Assembly: GCA_002269645.1 (NCBI GenBank)
Contig: NIVC01003320.1
Coordinates: 1 to 46,303, forward strand
Direction: 5' to 3'
DNA from: Macrostomum lignano
Taxonomy: Eukaryota
Length of the DNA: 46,303 bases
Positions 16,620-33,800 of this stretch are shown in pieces (position 1 is the first letter of the stretch; each line of letters starts with the position of its first letter). Below the pieces are notes generated by a model that saw nothing but the letters and a program-made list of their open reading frames with translations, was not told the DNA's origin and made no database searches. The position numbers and the translations under genes are program-made.

Positions 16620-17280
16620 AGAGCTCCCCGGTGCTCAGTGTAATGTGGCACAGAGCATCAGTTCTCAATCTATCGTGGTAGGGAGCCCCATTGCCCACTG
16701 TAAAGTGGTAGAGAGCCCTATTGCCCAGTGTAATGTGGTAGAGACCCCATTCCATGGTATAATTTAGTAGAAAGCCTCATTGCCCAGTATATTATGATAG
16801 AGAGCCCCATGCCCAGTGTAATGTGGTAGAGAGCCCCATCCCCTGGTATACTGTGGTAGAGAGCCCCATTTCCCAGTGTATTATGATAGAGAGCCCCATT
16901 GCCCAGTGTAATGTGGTAGAGAGCCTCATCTCCTGGTATAGTGTGGTAGAGAGCCCCATTGCTCAGTGTAATGTGGTAGAGAGCCTCATCCCCTGGTATA
17001 GTGTGGTAGAGAGCCCCATTGCGCAGTTTAATGTAGTAGAAAGCCTCATTGCCCAGTGTAGAGCCCCATTGCCCAGTGTAATGTGTTAGAAAGCCCCATT
17101 TCCCAGTGTAATGTGGTAGAGAGCCCCATTTCCCAGTGTAATGTGGTAGAGAGCCCCATTGCCCAGTGTAATGTGTTAGAAAGCCCCATTTCCCAGTGTA
17201 ATGTGGTAGAAGGCCCCATTTCCCAGTGTAATGTGGTAGAAGGCCCCATTGCTGAGTGTAATGTGATAGAGAGCCCCAGT
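16620..17280. repeat. 30-bp minisatellite, about 21 copies, downstream of MRTF
   Basis: Unit GAGCCCCATTGCCCAGTGTAATGTGGTAGA, degenerate at the left end. Confidence 0.95.
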
Positions 17281-18776
17281 TATAATCTGTTTCTAGGATA
17301 TATGCTTTCAGCTATATTGTAACTGAAAATAATTACGTAAATAAGGTTTTCGAATCTCTATTCTCATTGGCCAGCAAAATAGACTTCTTGTGTGTTTGTT
17401 TTACTTTCTTCTTCATCACTAAAAATAGTTTTTTAGTATCTATTCGTAGCAGACCTTGTTATTACTATCGACGTATTAAATTTTACATCAGACAACGAGC
17501 AAATAGTTTAAACAATTGTCGTACTTTTGTCTAGGTTTTATTAATTAATTTTATAACACCCAGTGACTGAGTGCCGCAGAGCCGCCACACTTACCTTCTT
17601 TTAATATTTTTGTGTGTACACATTTTTGTAATAAACAAATTAATCAGTTACTACTACTAATAACAGCAAGTGTTGCATTCATAATTTTGACATTGTGTTT
17701 AATGGTGACTCATTCCACGGAGTTCGTTTTAACAAAATTATTCTTTGTCGTGTATTTTGTAATTACAACAAACGCAGTTTTGGGACTCTTTAGACGAAGA
17801 ATGTTTTTTCCTGTTTTTCCTCTTAGTTTATTTCTCTGTGCTTGTGCGATTCTGGGCTGTTTTTTCATCTACTTATAAATGAGAAGCTTTATTCTTTCGA
17901 AAAAATCGATAAACATTTAAAATAAATATTAATTCGACTCAAATCAGCAGATATACAGTCTTCAATTCACAGCGCAAACTTTTATTTCTAAAGTTTGTTG
18001 AATTCAAAAAAAGTATTGTTGAAAGTTCTGCGTGTGTCCAGGGGTCAGTGTTATAAAAATAAGTGTTAATCAGTGTTAATAGTACTATATTACAATATTA
18101 CATGCATTTTACGTTAAAAAAATAAATTATAGGAATTTTTTTTATAAACTACTAACAGTACAAATTTACTGAACAAAACTTTAATAATAAAATGAATATG
18201 TTGAAGATGACAGAACAGTCCGTGATCTTTTTTTAGCGAAGAGATGAGAGGGGAGAGGAGACAGAAGGGACGACATGCGTGTAAACCTTGAGTGAAGTTT
18301 TAGATGACACCCAGGGTCTATTAGCTTTAAACAAAGTTCCATACATAGCGATTTTAATGTCATAGTAAGCAGGCCCTTGTACTTACTAAAGCTTTTGTTT
18401 GTGGCCTAAACCGAAAAATCTTATCAAGCATCAAATTGTTTTTCATACCCAAATATGCCCCATACGAAAGTAGCCCGCATGCATTTCTGAGAGTGGAAGC
18501 TTGCATGTAAACATAAAAAGCAAACCAACTTATTAATGCGCGTATTTTTGGAAACAATTTTTAAATGACGTAATGATTACATATACAAGTAATTGCAATA
18601 TGCAACAATAAAGATGTAAGACATTTATTGCAATTAATAACCTTGAATCACATTAGGCCATAGACATAATTTACGGTTTAAAGATGTTGACAACTTGTTA
18701 CTTTCGGTTAACACAGATGAGTCGGAAAGAAGCTGTTATAATAAAGTTGTTGAGTATAAATAATGATTAGTTAACC

Positions 18777-22841
<4,065 letters not shown>

Positions 22842-23576
22842 CGGAGCTCAGGTAGCTAATTGCTGTATTCACATGTGACCTTTCTTACGGTAAACTTTCT
22901 GGGAAATGGGCTTTAAGGCTTCTAAAGTAACGCCAGCTTTCAACATTTGACTTAGGAAGCTGTATGCCGAGTATTTTGACGAAATTTTAGAGTAGTTATA
23001 ATATTTATTTTTAATTTTTTTTAAAAGTGAATAATTGCTGGACTATTGAATAGATATGATTTTAATGCGAATGTTTAGTTAGAATTTAGTCTACATGCTG
23101 TTGAAGTTTTTTTTTATAAATAAAAGAATTACCTTTGACTTTTAAATCCTGCTAAACAACATTTTTGTTAACTTGAAGGTCACTTTTGTTTTTTTGTATA
23201 TAACTTTAATTATTTGCTTGAACCCGATCAAAAATTTCGAATTGTACATTAGCTTTACGTCAATTAAAATTGCTAATAAAAAATTACGTGAATACGACAT
23301 TACAGGTACGTAGGCTGGATTCCAAGTGCAGTCATAAATTGGGGGCTAAAATGGAATCTCGGCTTGGCTCTGCTCGTGTAATTAACGCAATTCAGGCTCA
23401 ACCCCAAGGCACAGTGAAGTGTACATGCCTAACGATAATTAAAGTTAGGGCCGCTGTACACTCCTGTGTGAGTGTGTGCCTGTGTGTATGACTGCGTACG
23501 TATCCGCGAGCTTGTGTGCCTGCTCAGGGGAGTCGGCGTAATGGGCAGTAATGCCTCTCGCCGGTTGTGTGACAAT

Positions 23577-26500
23577 TGAAGTGACAGTTGATTGGTTTGT
23601 GAGCCATCGGACTGCAAGGCGGGGAGCTAACCGAGCTGCATCGGCCGAAGCCGATGACTGAGAGCACTGCCGGCCCCTCGCCGGTGAAGCTGCCTCGCTA
23701 TCCGTTCGACAAGAGGCCTGCCACCAGCTCGACTCGAAGGGGGGAGATGAAGTGACAGTTGATTGGTTCGTGAGTAGGTAACTGTGTGGGGTTCGTTTGC
23801 ATAAGTTCGCTCAGTCACTTTGTTTGCATTGTTACGCTCCTTCCCGAGTTCTTGATGATGTACCTAAATTGAACTCGCTGCTCCGGAAGTACGAGCTAGC
23901 TAGATAGTACCGTTTTACTACCTATCGATTTGCCTGAAAGGAACCTAAAACGTTAGCCTTAGTCTCGGTAGGGTTGCTGCCACCTTGGTTTGCGGACTCG
24001 ACGCGTCGGCAGAGTTGTCTATCCGTAACCTGAAATATAATAACGAAGTCGTTCGGAGCAAGGCAAATCTGAAAATGTCTCGACAGTTGATCGCTCCTAA
24101 AGCTGCTGCTCGAACCTGAAAACCTGAAATGAGAGAGGAGAGCTCGGAGGCAGAAAGGCAGCTCCGTTCGCCGGACGGACGCGATGGTAGTTCATCGCCA
24201 GAGCCTCCTCCTTGTGCCCACTTCAGACTATCCTATTTCAGATCTTGAAGGACCAGCGGACCCGAAGCATCAACGCCGAGTTCGACAGGCTGACATCGGA
24301 GCTGCGACACTCCCTGCCATCTCTGAGGACTCTGACGAAGAGGAAGACGACCTGGACACGAGACGCGCCTACCGCTGGCGACTCAGTTCAGCTGCTAATC
24401 CAGGCGTGCGCCCAACTGAAGTCCGCATCCACGAACCAGAAGTCATGGAGAGGAGAGTAGAGCTTGAGTCACTGCCGTATGATTCTTGCAACGCTCCATC
24501 CGCTCCTACAGTTGAAACGCTGAGGCGAACTGAAAGTAGAAATAGCGATAGGATTATCTTATAGACTGATACGATAAATCAATGTCATAGTCTTGTTTTG
24601 TCGGCCAATGTGCCATCCACCAGTCAAGTTGAATGGGCCGTCAATGACAGGCCAGTAAGGGCTCGAAAGGAACCTGACCGTTTGGTTCTCAAACCAAATT
24701 CAAAATCCCACTTGAGCCGCTTAATTAACTTCTTTTGCCGGCCTCGTGCCTGTTCCAGAGCTGAAAAGCAAAACTAAAACCAACATAACCGGCAAAGAGA
24801 ACGGCGATCGCGAGCCCTCCAGGACGTTTTCGCCGGCCCGTGGGCGCAAACGCATGCGACCCGCCCCGCCAGCTCGCAGGATCCGTGTCATCCCGGCTCC
24901 GAACCAGGACCCGGCTCGCATGCGACGCAGCCGCTGGGATGCCCATCCCCTGGGGGATGCAAGTATAGAGTATAAGGATGCTAATCAACTGTCATTTAGG
25001 GACTATCGTAGGAACTATTAGGAATAGGACTTAGGTCTAGGTTAGAAATTAGGGAATTGCACTGTTATCAGAGCGTGGTGGAGTGTAGCAGTTGTGGACA
25101 GCTGCACTCTTACAAAAAGCCACAAGCGCTCGAGGACGGCATTGCAAAGGGCGAGTGCAGGCCGCCCTAAAAGTCTGCTTCCACTTTAAAGGGGTTGTAT
25201 GCCTTTATGTGGGGTGGGGTTCAATTACATTTTTAAACAGAGACATTTCAGAAGTCGAACGAGACAGGGAGACCGTCAGAATCGGCCGGAATGGAATTGC
25301 GACGATGACTGGAAGACGTGGGAAGTGATAACGCAGACAGTTTCACAGGGACTTCTTCTGAGAAATTTACTATAAATAAGCGAGGGGTTAAATGTCTAAA
25401 TCTTTACTCTTTTCACTCTCTCTATCCTAACTATTGAATTGCTTAAACAACTAGTTTGCCAAATCGTGCCGATCGCATCTGCAGAAACCAGCTGTGAACG
25501 GAGGGTAAAACTGAGCACTGCCATGACTATAGATTTCTGAATATTAGCATATTGGTCTCAGACCAAGTAGACAGGCGTAAGATATATCCATTATTCATCT
25601 ATTATACGTATATAATAGATTAATAAGAGTATTCGAGTAGCTTAGTTATACCGAAGTGTCTCAGACTTATTCTTCCTGCTTGTAGCTCGCTTATTTGCTT
25701 ACTTACTTATTTATACAAACATTAAAAATGCAGTATTAAATATAGTTATATGGTTAAAAATAGCATCCAAGCATATTCTACCTCGTTTGAGTTATTATTA
25801 ATCATATGTAAGGTTCTAGTTAGCGGCCGGCTAGACCCTTATATAAAAGTGCGCCGACTCGCACCTTTGCAGCCACCTCAGCTAAGTGACCGACTAGCTG
25901 TCGCTAGAGAACGAGCGGCTGCCATCCGGCTCCGTTTGGACCCGCCCATGGCGATCACAGCAGAGGCTCGGCTACCGGCCGCAGAGGAAGCTCGAGGAGC
26001 CGCAGCCCCGCAGAAACCGTTGCCGGAGCAGCCGATCCATGGCTCGTCCGCTCTGCCACAATCGCCACCGGCGCAGCCGACCCGCGAACCAGCTGCGCAC
26101 AGCTCGCCCGTTCAGCAGCAACTGCAAGGGAGTGGCAACTTCTTCGACCTGATTGGCAGCGTGTCCAGCTCACTGAGGAACCTAGCGAAGAGCTGCTGCC
26201 GCCGATCCAGGAGTTGCTGGCTCCAGGCGCGCAGGCCCCACGAGAAGCGCACCCAGCGGACCTTTTAGACCCGAGGGTGGACACGCTGCGAACGCCGCCT
26301 CCTGCTCAGTCGCCGCCAGCTCTCCACCTAGGCGTTCTGACGCCGCCGCCGCAGCCTGACGCCGTCAACTTGTACGACTATCCGACGCCACCTACGCCTC
26401 CGTTGCTGCGCTTTCGCCGCCCTTCGCCAGTTCTGTTGCCTCCTAGGCTCTTCAGTCAAACCGAGCTGGCCGAAGCCATCAGCGCCGCCATCCGGGCCAG

Positions 26501-27027
26501 GCCTCAGCAAGCTGATGCGACGACCCAAGTCGATCATCTGGGCTTTACATCACATCAGTGACGAAAGCATCAGCGCGCTGACGGAGCTGCTCGTGAAGGC
26601 CGGCCTCAAGGTGGAAGCAACCCTACCAAAACTGAGGCTAACGTTTTAGATTCTTTTCAGGCAAATCGATAGGTACATGTAGTACAACGGTACTATCTAG
26701 CTACTTCCGGAGCAGCGAGTTCAAATTTTTGGTACATCGTACAAGAACCCGGGAAGGGGCGTAACAGCAGCTTGCGATCTGCGTGTACTCTACTCTGTTC
26801 AATGTGAATCATTGCGCTAGCCATTGCCTCGCCCCTTAAGTCTCTACCATTTTGTACCCTCTCCACTCACTTAGCCAGTGCATCAGTGAAATTCAATATT
26901 TACAATATTTAAGCTATTGCTCTCGGTCTTTAACTCGTCAAGTAACTTTGGCTATTCTACAAATACATCGCCAGCATTCACATTAGTTATTAAACAACAA
27001 TCAGCTCCTGACTTTCGCGTCACGTCA
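23577..27027 (+). mobile_element. Internally deleted Gypsy-type LTR element, interrupted by a TIR element
   Basis: Termini TGAAGTGAC/GTCACGTCA (8/9 inverted match), TSD ACAAT at 23572-76 and 27028-32. The first ~28 nt recur at 23748 directly after a PPT (GAAGGGGGGAGA). The PPT is preceded by an integrase-tail motif RSTRGLPPARLEGGR*. Confidence 0.75.
23830..26766. mobile_element. 2.9-kb element with ~158-bp terminal inverted repeats (TGTTACG...CGTAACA), Ginger-like and non-autonomous
   Basis: 23830-23986 is the reverse complement of 26608-26766 with scattered mismatches and small indels. Flanks GCAT/GCAG give a near 4-bp TSD. Interior has integrase-C-terminal-like remnants (VVHRQSLLL, RPVRARKEPDRL) but no DDE core. 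Confidence 0.7.
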
Positions 27028-27257
27028 ACAATGTCGCTTAAAGTGCGCCAGGGTGCACACAGCCCCAGCGCCTAATTCCAATCTTAAAAAAGCATTCAAT
27101 GCAATTTTTTCTAGACGGATGTTTCTCCACCTCAGGTAGAGCGCTTGGATCTGTTAAGGGACTGATGCGGACTGATAAACCAATATGACCAAAAAAGCGT
27201 AAAAAATCACTTGCTAACACCCACAAACTTGTCATTGCCACTGAGCAGGCAATCAAA

Positions 27258-27924
27258 CAAACAAAAACAACAACAGAGTACGCTGTCTGTTCGCAAAAGC
27301 AGCGTCAGATGGCGCGCTTCGAAGCTTGGGCGCGAACAAAGGCCGCACCGCCGGCAGAGTCCGGGGCGCCGGCGTCAGCCAGCAGACAGTCGACGTAGCG
27401 CCGAGTCCTCGCCTGTCCCCGCCGGTAGGGTGCCTGCAACGTAAGTAGCAGCACCTCCTGCACCGGCTCCGGACAGTAGGCCTCGGCGCGGATGACGTGG
27501 CCTGCCAGCTGGAGTCGCCGACGGCGCAGCAGATCGCTAGGACGGGCCAGGCCGGCGCGATGATAGAGCGCCGTGTTGGTGACTCGCTCGTTGCCGATCT
27601 TGAAGACGGCGCGCAGCAGGCCAGCTTGCGCCGCGTCGATTTGAGCCTCGAGCGAGTCTGTCAGCGTCCAGGTCTCGGCGTTGTATAACAGGACGGTCTC
27701 GATCACCGCCTGGAACAGCGCCGCCCTCTGGCGGTCCGGTAGGCCCTCGGACTGCAGGACTGACCTTAAAGAACGAAAGGCAGCCCAGGCAAGTCCTCGA
27801 CGACGCCGCAGATCCTCGCGGACGTCGGGAACCAGACCGCCAAGGTAGACGAACTGCTGACATCTTAGAAGCTCACTCGCCTGTCCGTCAGCGCCTCGGC
27901 AGAAGATTGCAGCCTCGGTGTCAA
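27258..27924 (-). mobile_element. 5'-truncated RTE-like non-LTR retrotransposon
   Basis: Uninterrupted frame from ~27921 to 27305: FVYLGG...AWAAF...LLYNAETWTLT...RRRRLQLAGHVIR, the post-RT region of RTE/RTE-X ORFs. (TTG/TTTG)n tail. Candidate TSD AATCAAA at 27251-57 and 27925-31. Confidence 0.88.
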
Positions 27925-28464
27925 AATCAAAGCCAAAAAAACCGAACCGCCATTTAATAACGTATTTTTCTACTGTTTTGACTAAAATTCAACTTTAAAG
28001 CGAAGATGCAAAGTTACTCGGCGTTTCGTCGACTGAGGTTCACTGTGTTCGTATCGCCCTGTTTCTTTCTATCCCTACCGTCTTAATTAATCATTTAGCC
28101 ATCATTATATAGTAATAGAATATCGAACTAAACTGCTACTTCCAGGAAAGCAGGAATTTGACATATGACAGTTGACTGTGTTGAAAGAAATGGTGCATAA
28201 TGCCATAAGCTTGTCACAGATTTTCAATTCAAAGCAACCAGCATTTGATCACTTTTTCTCAAGTAAGGAGTCGACAATAATTAGGGTTTATTTTTATTAT
28301 CCCTGCTCACTCTTGGCCATAGAACCGAACTCTAGGAGTTAAAGATGCGATAACGTCAATTGAGTTGGTCTAATTTGACTTCAAACAGTTAGCGTAACAG
28401 AGTGGGACAAAGAATCAGTTTAGCACTAACGTCTGTTCATTTTTAGCATTAAATTTCAACAAGC

Positions 28465-30260
28465 ATGAGCAGAATGTCTCAACGATGGGTTTCACACTTT
28501 TTGCTAACAGTGCTGCTTTTCCTCTGCCGATACGCCAGCGCCGTTAAACTCCACAAACCCCGGTCAGAAGTTCTCTCACTGCTGGGCGAACAAGAAGGTA
28601 AGACAATTCTTATTTACCATAGCTCGTATTTGCGGTGCTGATTTTGACACGAAAGAATTGATAAACTTGACCGATGATGAAACTCTTGCCCAAGCCCTAA
28701 CCCGCTATTGGAGATTGGGTTAGTAAATTCAACACCTGTTCAAGCATTTTCCTCACTCTAAAATCTTGCATTCCCTGGTCACATAACAAAGTTATTACGA
28801 TACGGGCTTAAATTTATTTGGAAATATATTTATTCTACATGATAAATAAGTTACTGAATTAATAGCAGCACCATATGAAGTCTTAAAACCAACAATATAT
28901 CTAACTACGTCCAAAATAAAACATTTTGAAAACGTCTTTAGAGCAGTCTCTCGAGGATGTGACCTGCTCAATTATTGTGAATTTATGAATAAAGTCTAAA
29001 TTTCTAGGAGTACCAAAGATCAATAATTATACATCTATTTTACGCATATTTTACGGTTTTTACCCTAAATTGTGAATATCTCATCTTCTGACTGGATTTT
29101 ACGCATGCACACAACAGCTTTTATGAAATCTGATTCAAAGTTGATTTTACAAATTGAATTCACTGAATAACTTGAACTTCGAAACATCTATTAGAAACTT
29201 TTACGAGTAAAAAATGTGCTGAATGAATGATTTTATGCAAATATATTGCTTCACATTGTATTTAGCCTTGGGCAAAAGTGCGATGGGAAGAACCCCGATT
29301 TTGTTTAATTTTGAACAATTTACTAGATTTTCTTCCAGAACTAACATTCAAAGCTTCATATGATTGATCATCTATCTCGCTGTAATGCACTAGAAGGGGC
29401 AATCTGAGGCTCTGTAATATATTTAAATAATTTTAAACTACATGCTACATCTTGCTACCAGGAAAACTATGTAGTAGCTAGGAATTTAACATTGTCAGTG
29501 GCGAAAACGACTAATTAGCCCTCCGACGATATGTGACTTTTAAAACTTTTGAAAGCCCCGAAAGACATGGAAAATCTCGCTACTACATTTCCTCCCATCC
29601 ACTCGAATCCGCATCAGGCCGACTGTACTTTGGCAACTGCGAGCAAAGCAGCGAACAATCTCCGTGCGTCTTCGCCATAGACGAGAGCTACAATCAGGAG
29701 CCAACCCAGTGCGCCGTGACATCTCTGGAAGGCAAGCCCTGGTGGATGGGCGTCCTCGAGACGCCGGCGTATATAACTAAGATAACGCTGCTCAATATCG
29801 ATCAGCTGTATCGTTCTCACCCGGACGCCCTTCGCGCAGTAACCATTATGGCAGGTGATGACGTCTGCTTCCGCTACGAAAGCGACGAGTCTTTTGTTAA
29901 GCGTTCGTTTCCTTGCGACACCGTTGCGGACCAGATCGTCATCAGGAGCAGAATGGATTCAGCGGCTTTGACTCTGTGCGATGTCACAGTTTATGGCGCG
30001 CCAATTAGATTTCGGGGAGTTGTTGACGATGCTGGGTGAGCATTTAACTGACAAAATCAATACTGACAAAAACTTTTTGCCCTGAGAAAAACGAAAGAAG
30101 GAAATAAAGACGGCAATAGACAGCCAGAAACTATTTATTTAAATGCACAAAAAACTGACATCAGGTGAGAAACCTAAGAACAATCAGGATGGATAGTGAG
30201 ATCGAAACTAATAAACAGACAGACAGACAGACAGATAGACAGACACTAAGGCAGACACTA

Positions 30261-30331
<71 letters not shown>

Positions 30332-30356
30332 TAGACAGACACTAAGACAGACACTA

Positions 30357-30425
<69 letters not shown>

Positions 30426-30454
30426 CTAAGACAGACAGACAGACAGACACACAC

Positions 30455-30509
<55 letters not shown>

Positions 30510-30572
30510 CACAGACACACACACAGACAGACAGACACACACACAGAGAGACAGACAGATAGACAGACACTA

Positions 30573-30609
<37 letters not shown>

Positions 30610-30752
30610 CACACACACAGACAGACAGACAGATAGACAGACACTAAGACAGACACTAAGACAGACAGACACACACACACAGACAGACAGACAGATAGAC
30701 AGACACTAAGACAGACACTAAGACAGACAGACAGACAGACAGACAGACACTA

Positions 30753-30785
<33 letters not shown>

Positions 30786-30830
30786 CACACACACACACAC
30801 AGACAGACAGACAGACAGACACACACACAC

Positions 30831-30897
<67 letters not shown>

Positions 30898-33800
30898 CTA
30901 AGACAGACAGCTCATTCCATTCCATTTGGCTTTCCCGGCAGCCCTTTGCGAGTTCAGTCGTGCCAGCAGAGCAGTGTAAGCGGCAACGGCTACTGCGAGA
31001 ACGCATTCGATGGCGATGCAAACAGCAACCACAATGCGCGTCCTTGTGCAGTCACCATAGACGAAGCAACGCCCTGGATGTCAGCCAGACTGGAAATTCC
31101 CTCTCTGGTGACAGAAATCAAAATTTTCAACCGAGCCGACTGTTGCGGCGATGGACTCAACCAATTTTTGCTGACACTTGATAATCGAGTCTGTGCGGAT
31201 TACGAAGGTGCAACGTTCGAGTCGAAGTCTTTCTCGTGCTTGTACTTCGGCAGTCGGCTGCGCATTAAAAGCAAGAAAAATAGAGCCATTTCAGTCTGCG
31301 AGATGCAGGTCCTTGGCTACCCTATGGAACTTCCGCGAGATGCGAAATTCAGTAAGTTAGGATTCAAAGAAGATAATGGGAAGTTAATCCCTAATAGTTC
31401 TCACAAAAATTCACAGGAAAAACGTGTCTGCTCTATCCCACTGCTAACAAAGTGCCACTCCTCCCAGATCCCCAGTTGCTGGGCCAGCCAGCCTCCCAGA
31501 TCCTCAGTTGCTGGGCCAGCCTCCCAGATCCCCAGTTGCTGGGCCAGCCAGCCTCCCAGATCCTCAGTTGCTGGGCCAGCCTCCCAGATCCCCAGTTGCT
31601 GGGCCAGCCAGCCTCCCAGATCCTCAGTTGCTGGGCTAGCCAGCCTCCCAGATCCTCAGTTGCTGGGCCAGCCAGCCTCCCAGATCCCCAGTTGCTGGGC
31701 CAGCCAGCCTCCCAGATCCTCAGTTGCTGGGCCAGCCAGCCTCCCAGATCCTCAGTTGCTGGGCCAGCCAGCCTCCCAGATCCTCAGTTGCTGGGCCAGC
31801 CAGCCTCCCAGATCCTCAGTTGCTGGGCCAGCCAGCCTCCCAGATCCCTAATTGCCAGCTCCCTATGCGCACCTGTAAGAACAAGCAAAGACGAGAAATA
31901 GGCTTAAGGCGTAGACCGATTCATGGCTGCCCAGGGCGCCATGGCACTCACATATATATTATGATTGTACAGCGAGCAAGTGTACAAATACGGGCAAGTA
32001 AACTTGCGCCCAGGCAGTCAACTAATCAAACCATCTTAAAATGCTCTCCTTCTTTCAAAAAAGTGTTTCACTCACTTTCTGCATTTTTCGTTATGTTTAA
32101 AAAGGTTACGAGTATGAGTTCGATGAAGTCTGGCCTAATATTTTGACGAATAAATATTTGAGTGAAATAAAAGTGGAAATTAAAATGAACTTACGCTCGG
32201 AAGCAATGTCAATGTTTCAAAAAAAGATCTAAGAAAATCCGCATTTAATGAGTATACCGGTACACTTCGCCAAAAAATCCTGGTGGGGTACGGGCCCTCT
32301 CACTTCGACTCAATGCAGGCTGTTCTGGATGCGCTTGAACATCAGCAGGGGCGCCGACTAGGGCGCCGACTTGGGCGCTGACTGGGGCGCCGGCTGGGAC
32401 GCCGGCTGGGGCGCCGGCTGGGGCGCCGTCAAATCTCAGGTCGTCCTCGTCAGGATTGTGCAGTTGCGCCGCTGGTTGCAATTGAGGTGCTGCAGCTGGA
32501 CTGGCCGTGTTGCATGGCTTCAGGCGATTGAAATGCACCACCCTTCGCCGTCGTGCATTGGCCTCGTGCTGAACGCGGTAGGTGACGTCTGAGATCTGCT
32601 TTTTAACGCGCCATGGCCCAGTCCACCATCGATGAAATTTTCGGCTCTCGCCTCGCTTCGGATTGTGCAGCCAGACCAGATCGTCCTTGCTGAATGCCTC
32701 GCTGACTGCCTTCTGGTGCAATTGCGCTGCCTTTAAGTTTTGTTGCGCCCTCTCATGCGATGTCTGCAGCCGGCTTCGCAGCTCGGCCACCCATTCACAA
32801 GGACGTTGTCCATCTGGCGCCAGACCTCCGTATGCCAAGTCTAGTGGTAGTCGCAGTTCCCGGCCGAAATGCATTGCCGAAGGTGTCTGACGAGTCGACT
32901 TGTGGACTGAAGTGCGGCAGCCCATCAGTGCAATCTGCAGATGAAGATCCCAGTCTCGCTGATTCTCGTTCACCCATGCTCGCAGCAGCTGCATCAGCGT
33001 CCGGTTCATCCGTTCGCAACCACCGTCTCCCTCAGGGTGATAGCCTGTCGTCCGATTCTTGTCGATTTTCAGCAACGCATCGTTTCTTGAAACAGCTGCG
33101 ACTTCCATTTCCGACCCTCGTCGGTGTGCACCGACTACGGGACTCCAAAGCGAGCCACCCACTCACTGACAAACGTCCGGGCTGTGGTCTCAGCATCGTG
33201 AGACGGCAGTGCAAAGGCCTCAGTCCACTTTCTGAAGGTGTCGATGACTACCAGGATGACTGAATTTTCACGATCGGTCCTCGGTGTTGTGTTCTAATTA
33301 ACACAGAGAGTTTCTTTGATTGAAGCTTTCTCGGCGAGACACAAATCTCGCTCACAATATGTTTATAGAGGTGAAACTCCTACTTGCACGTTTCATTGCC
33401 AAATCGATACGCAATCACCTACACATTCTAGTCTGAGTACAGTATACGCCCACGCATTCAATAAGGTCAATAGTTAATTGTCAGTGGTCAGTTCATTGCG
33501 CAAGCATTGTCAATCACAACACTCGGCAAGCCCACTATGAAGTCCATTTCCAGTCGCTGGCCAACGCTGCCGACCGCCATGCTCTGTATAGAAGCGCCCG
33601 CCTGTGCTGGCCAGAATCCTTCATTGTCGCGCATTCGAGGCATGCAGCACACCAGTCAGTCACATCTGCTGTCAATCCAGGCCAGTAGAGTCGCGTCCTG
33701 ATCTTTTCAATGGTCTTCTGCGGTCGGCAGTGGCTGCCGCTTGTTCCAGCATGAGCTTCGACAAAAACATCGCGCTGTAGACTCTCTGGCACCAGCAGCT

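Noticed and set aside
17300-18770. Short ORFs in AT-rich intergenic DNA (17612-17878, 18181-18557)
   Set aside because: No domain similarity, splice structure or coding-like composition.
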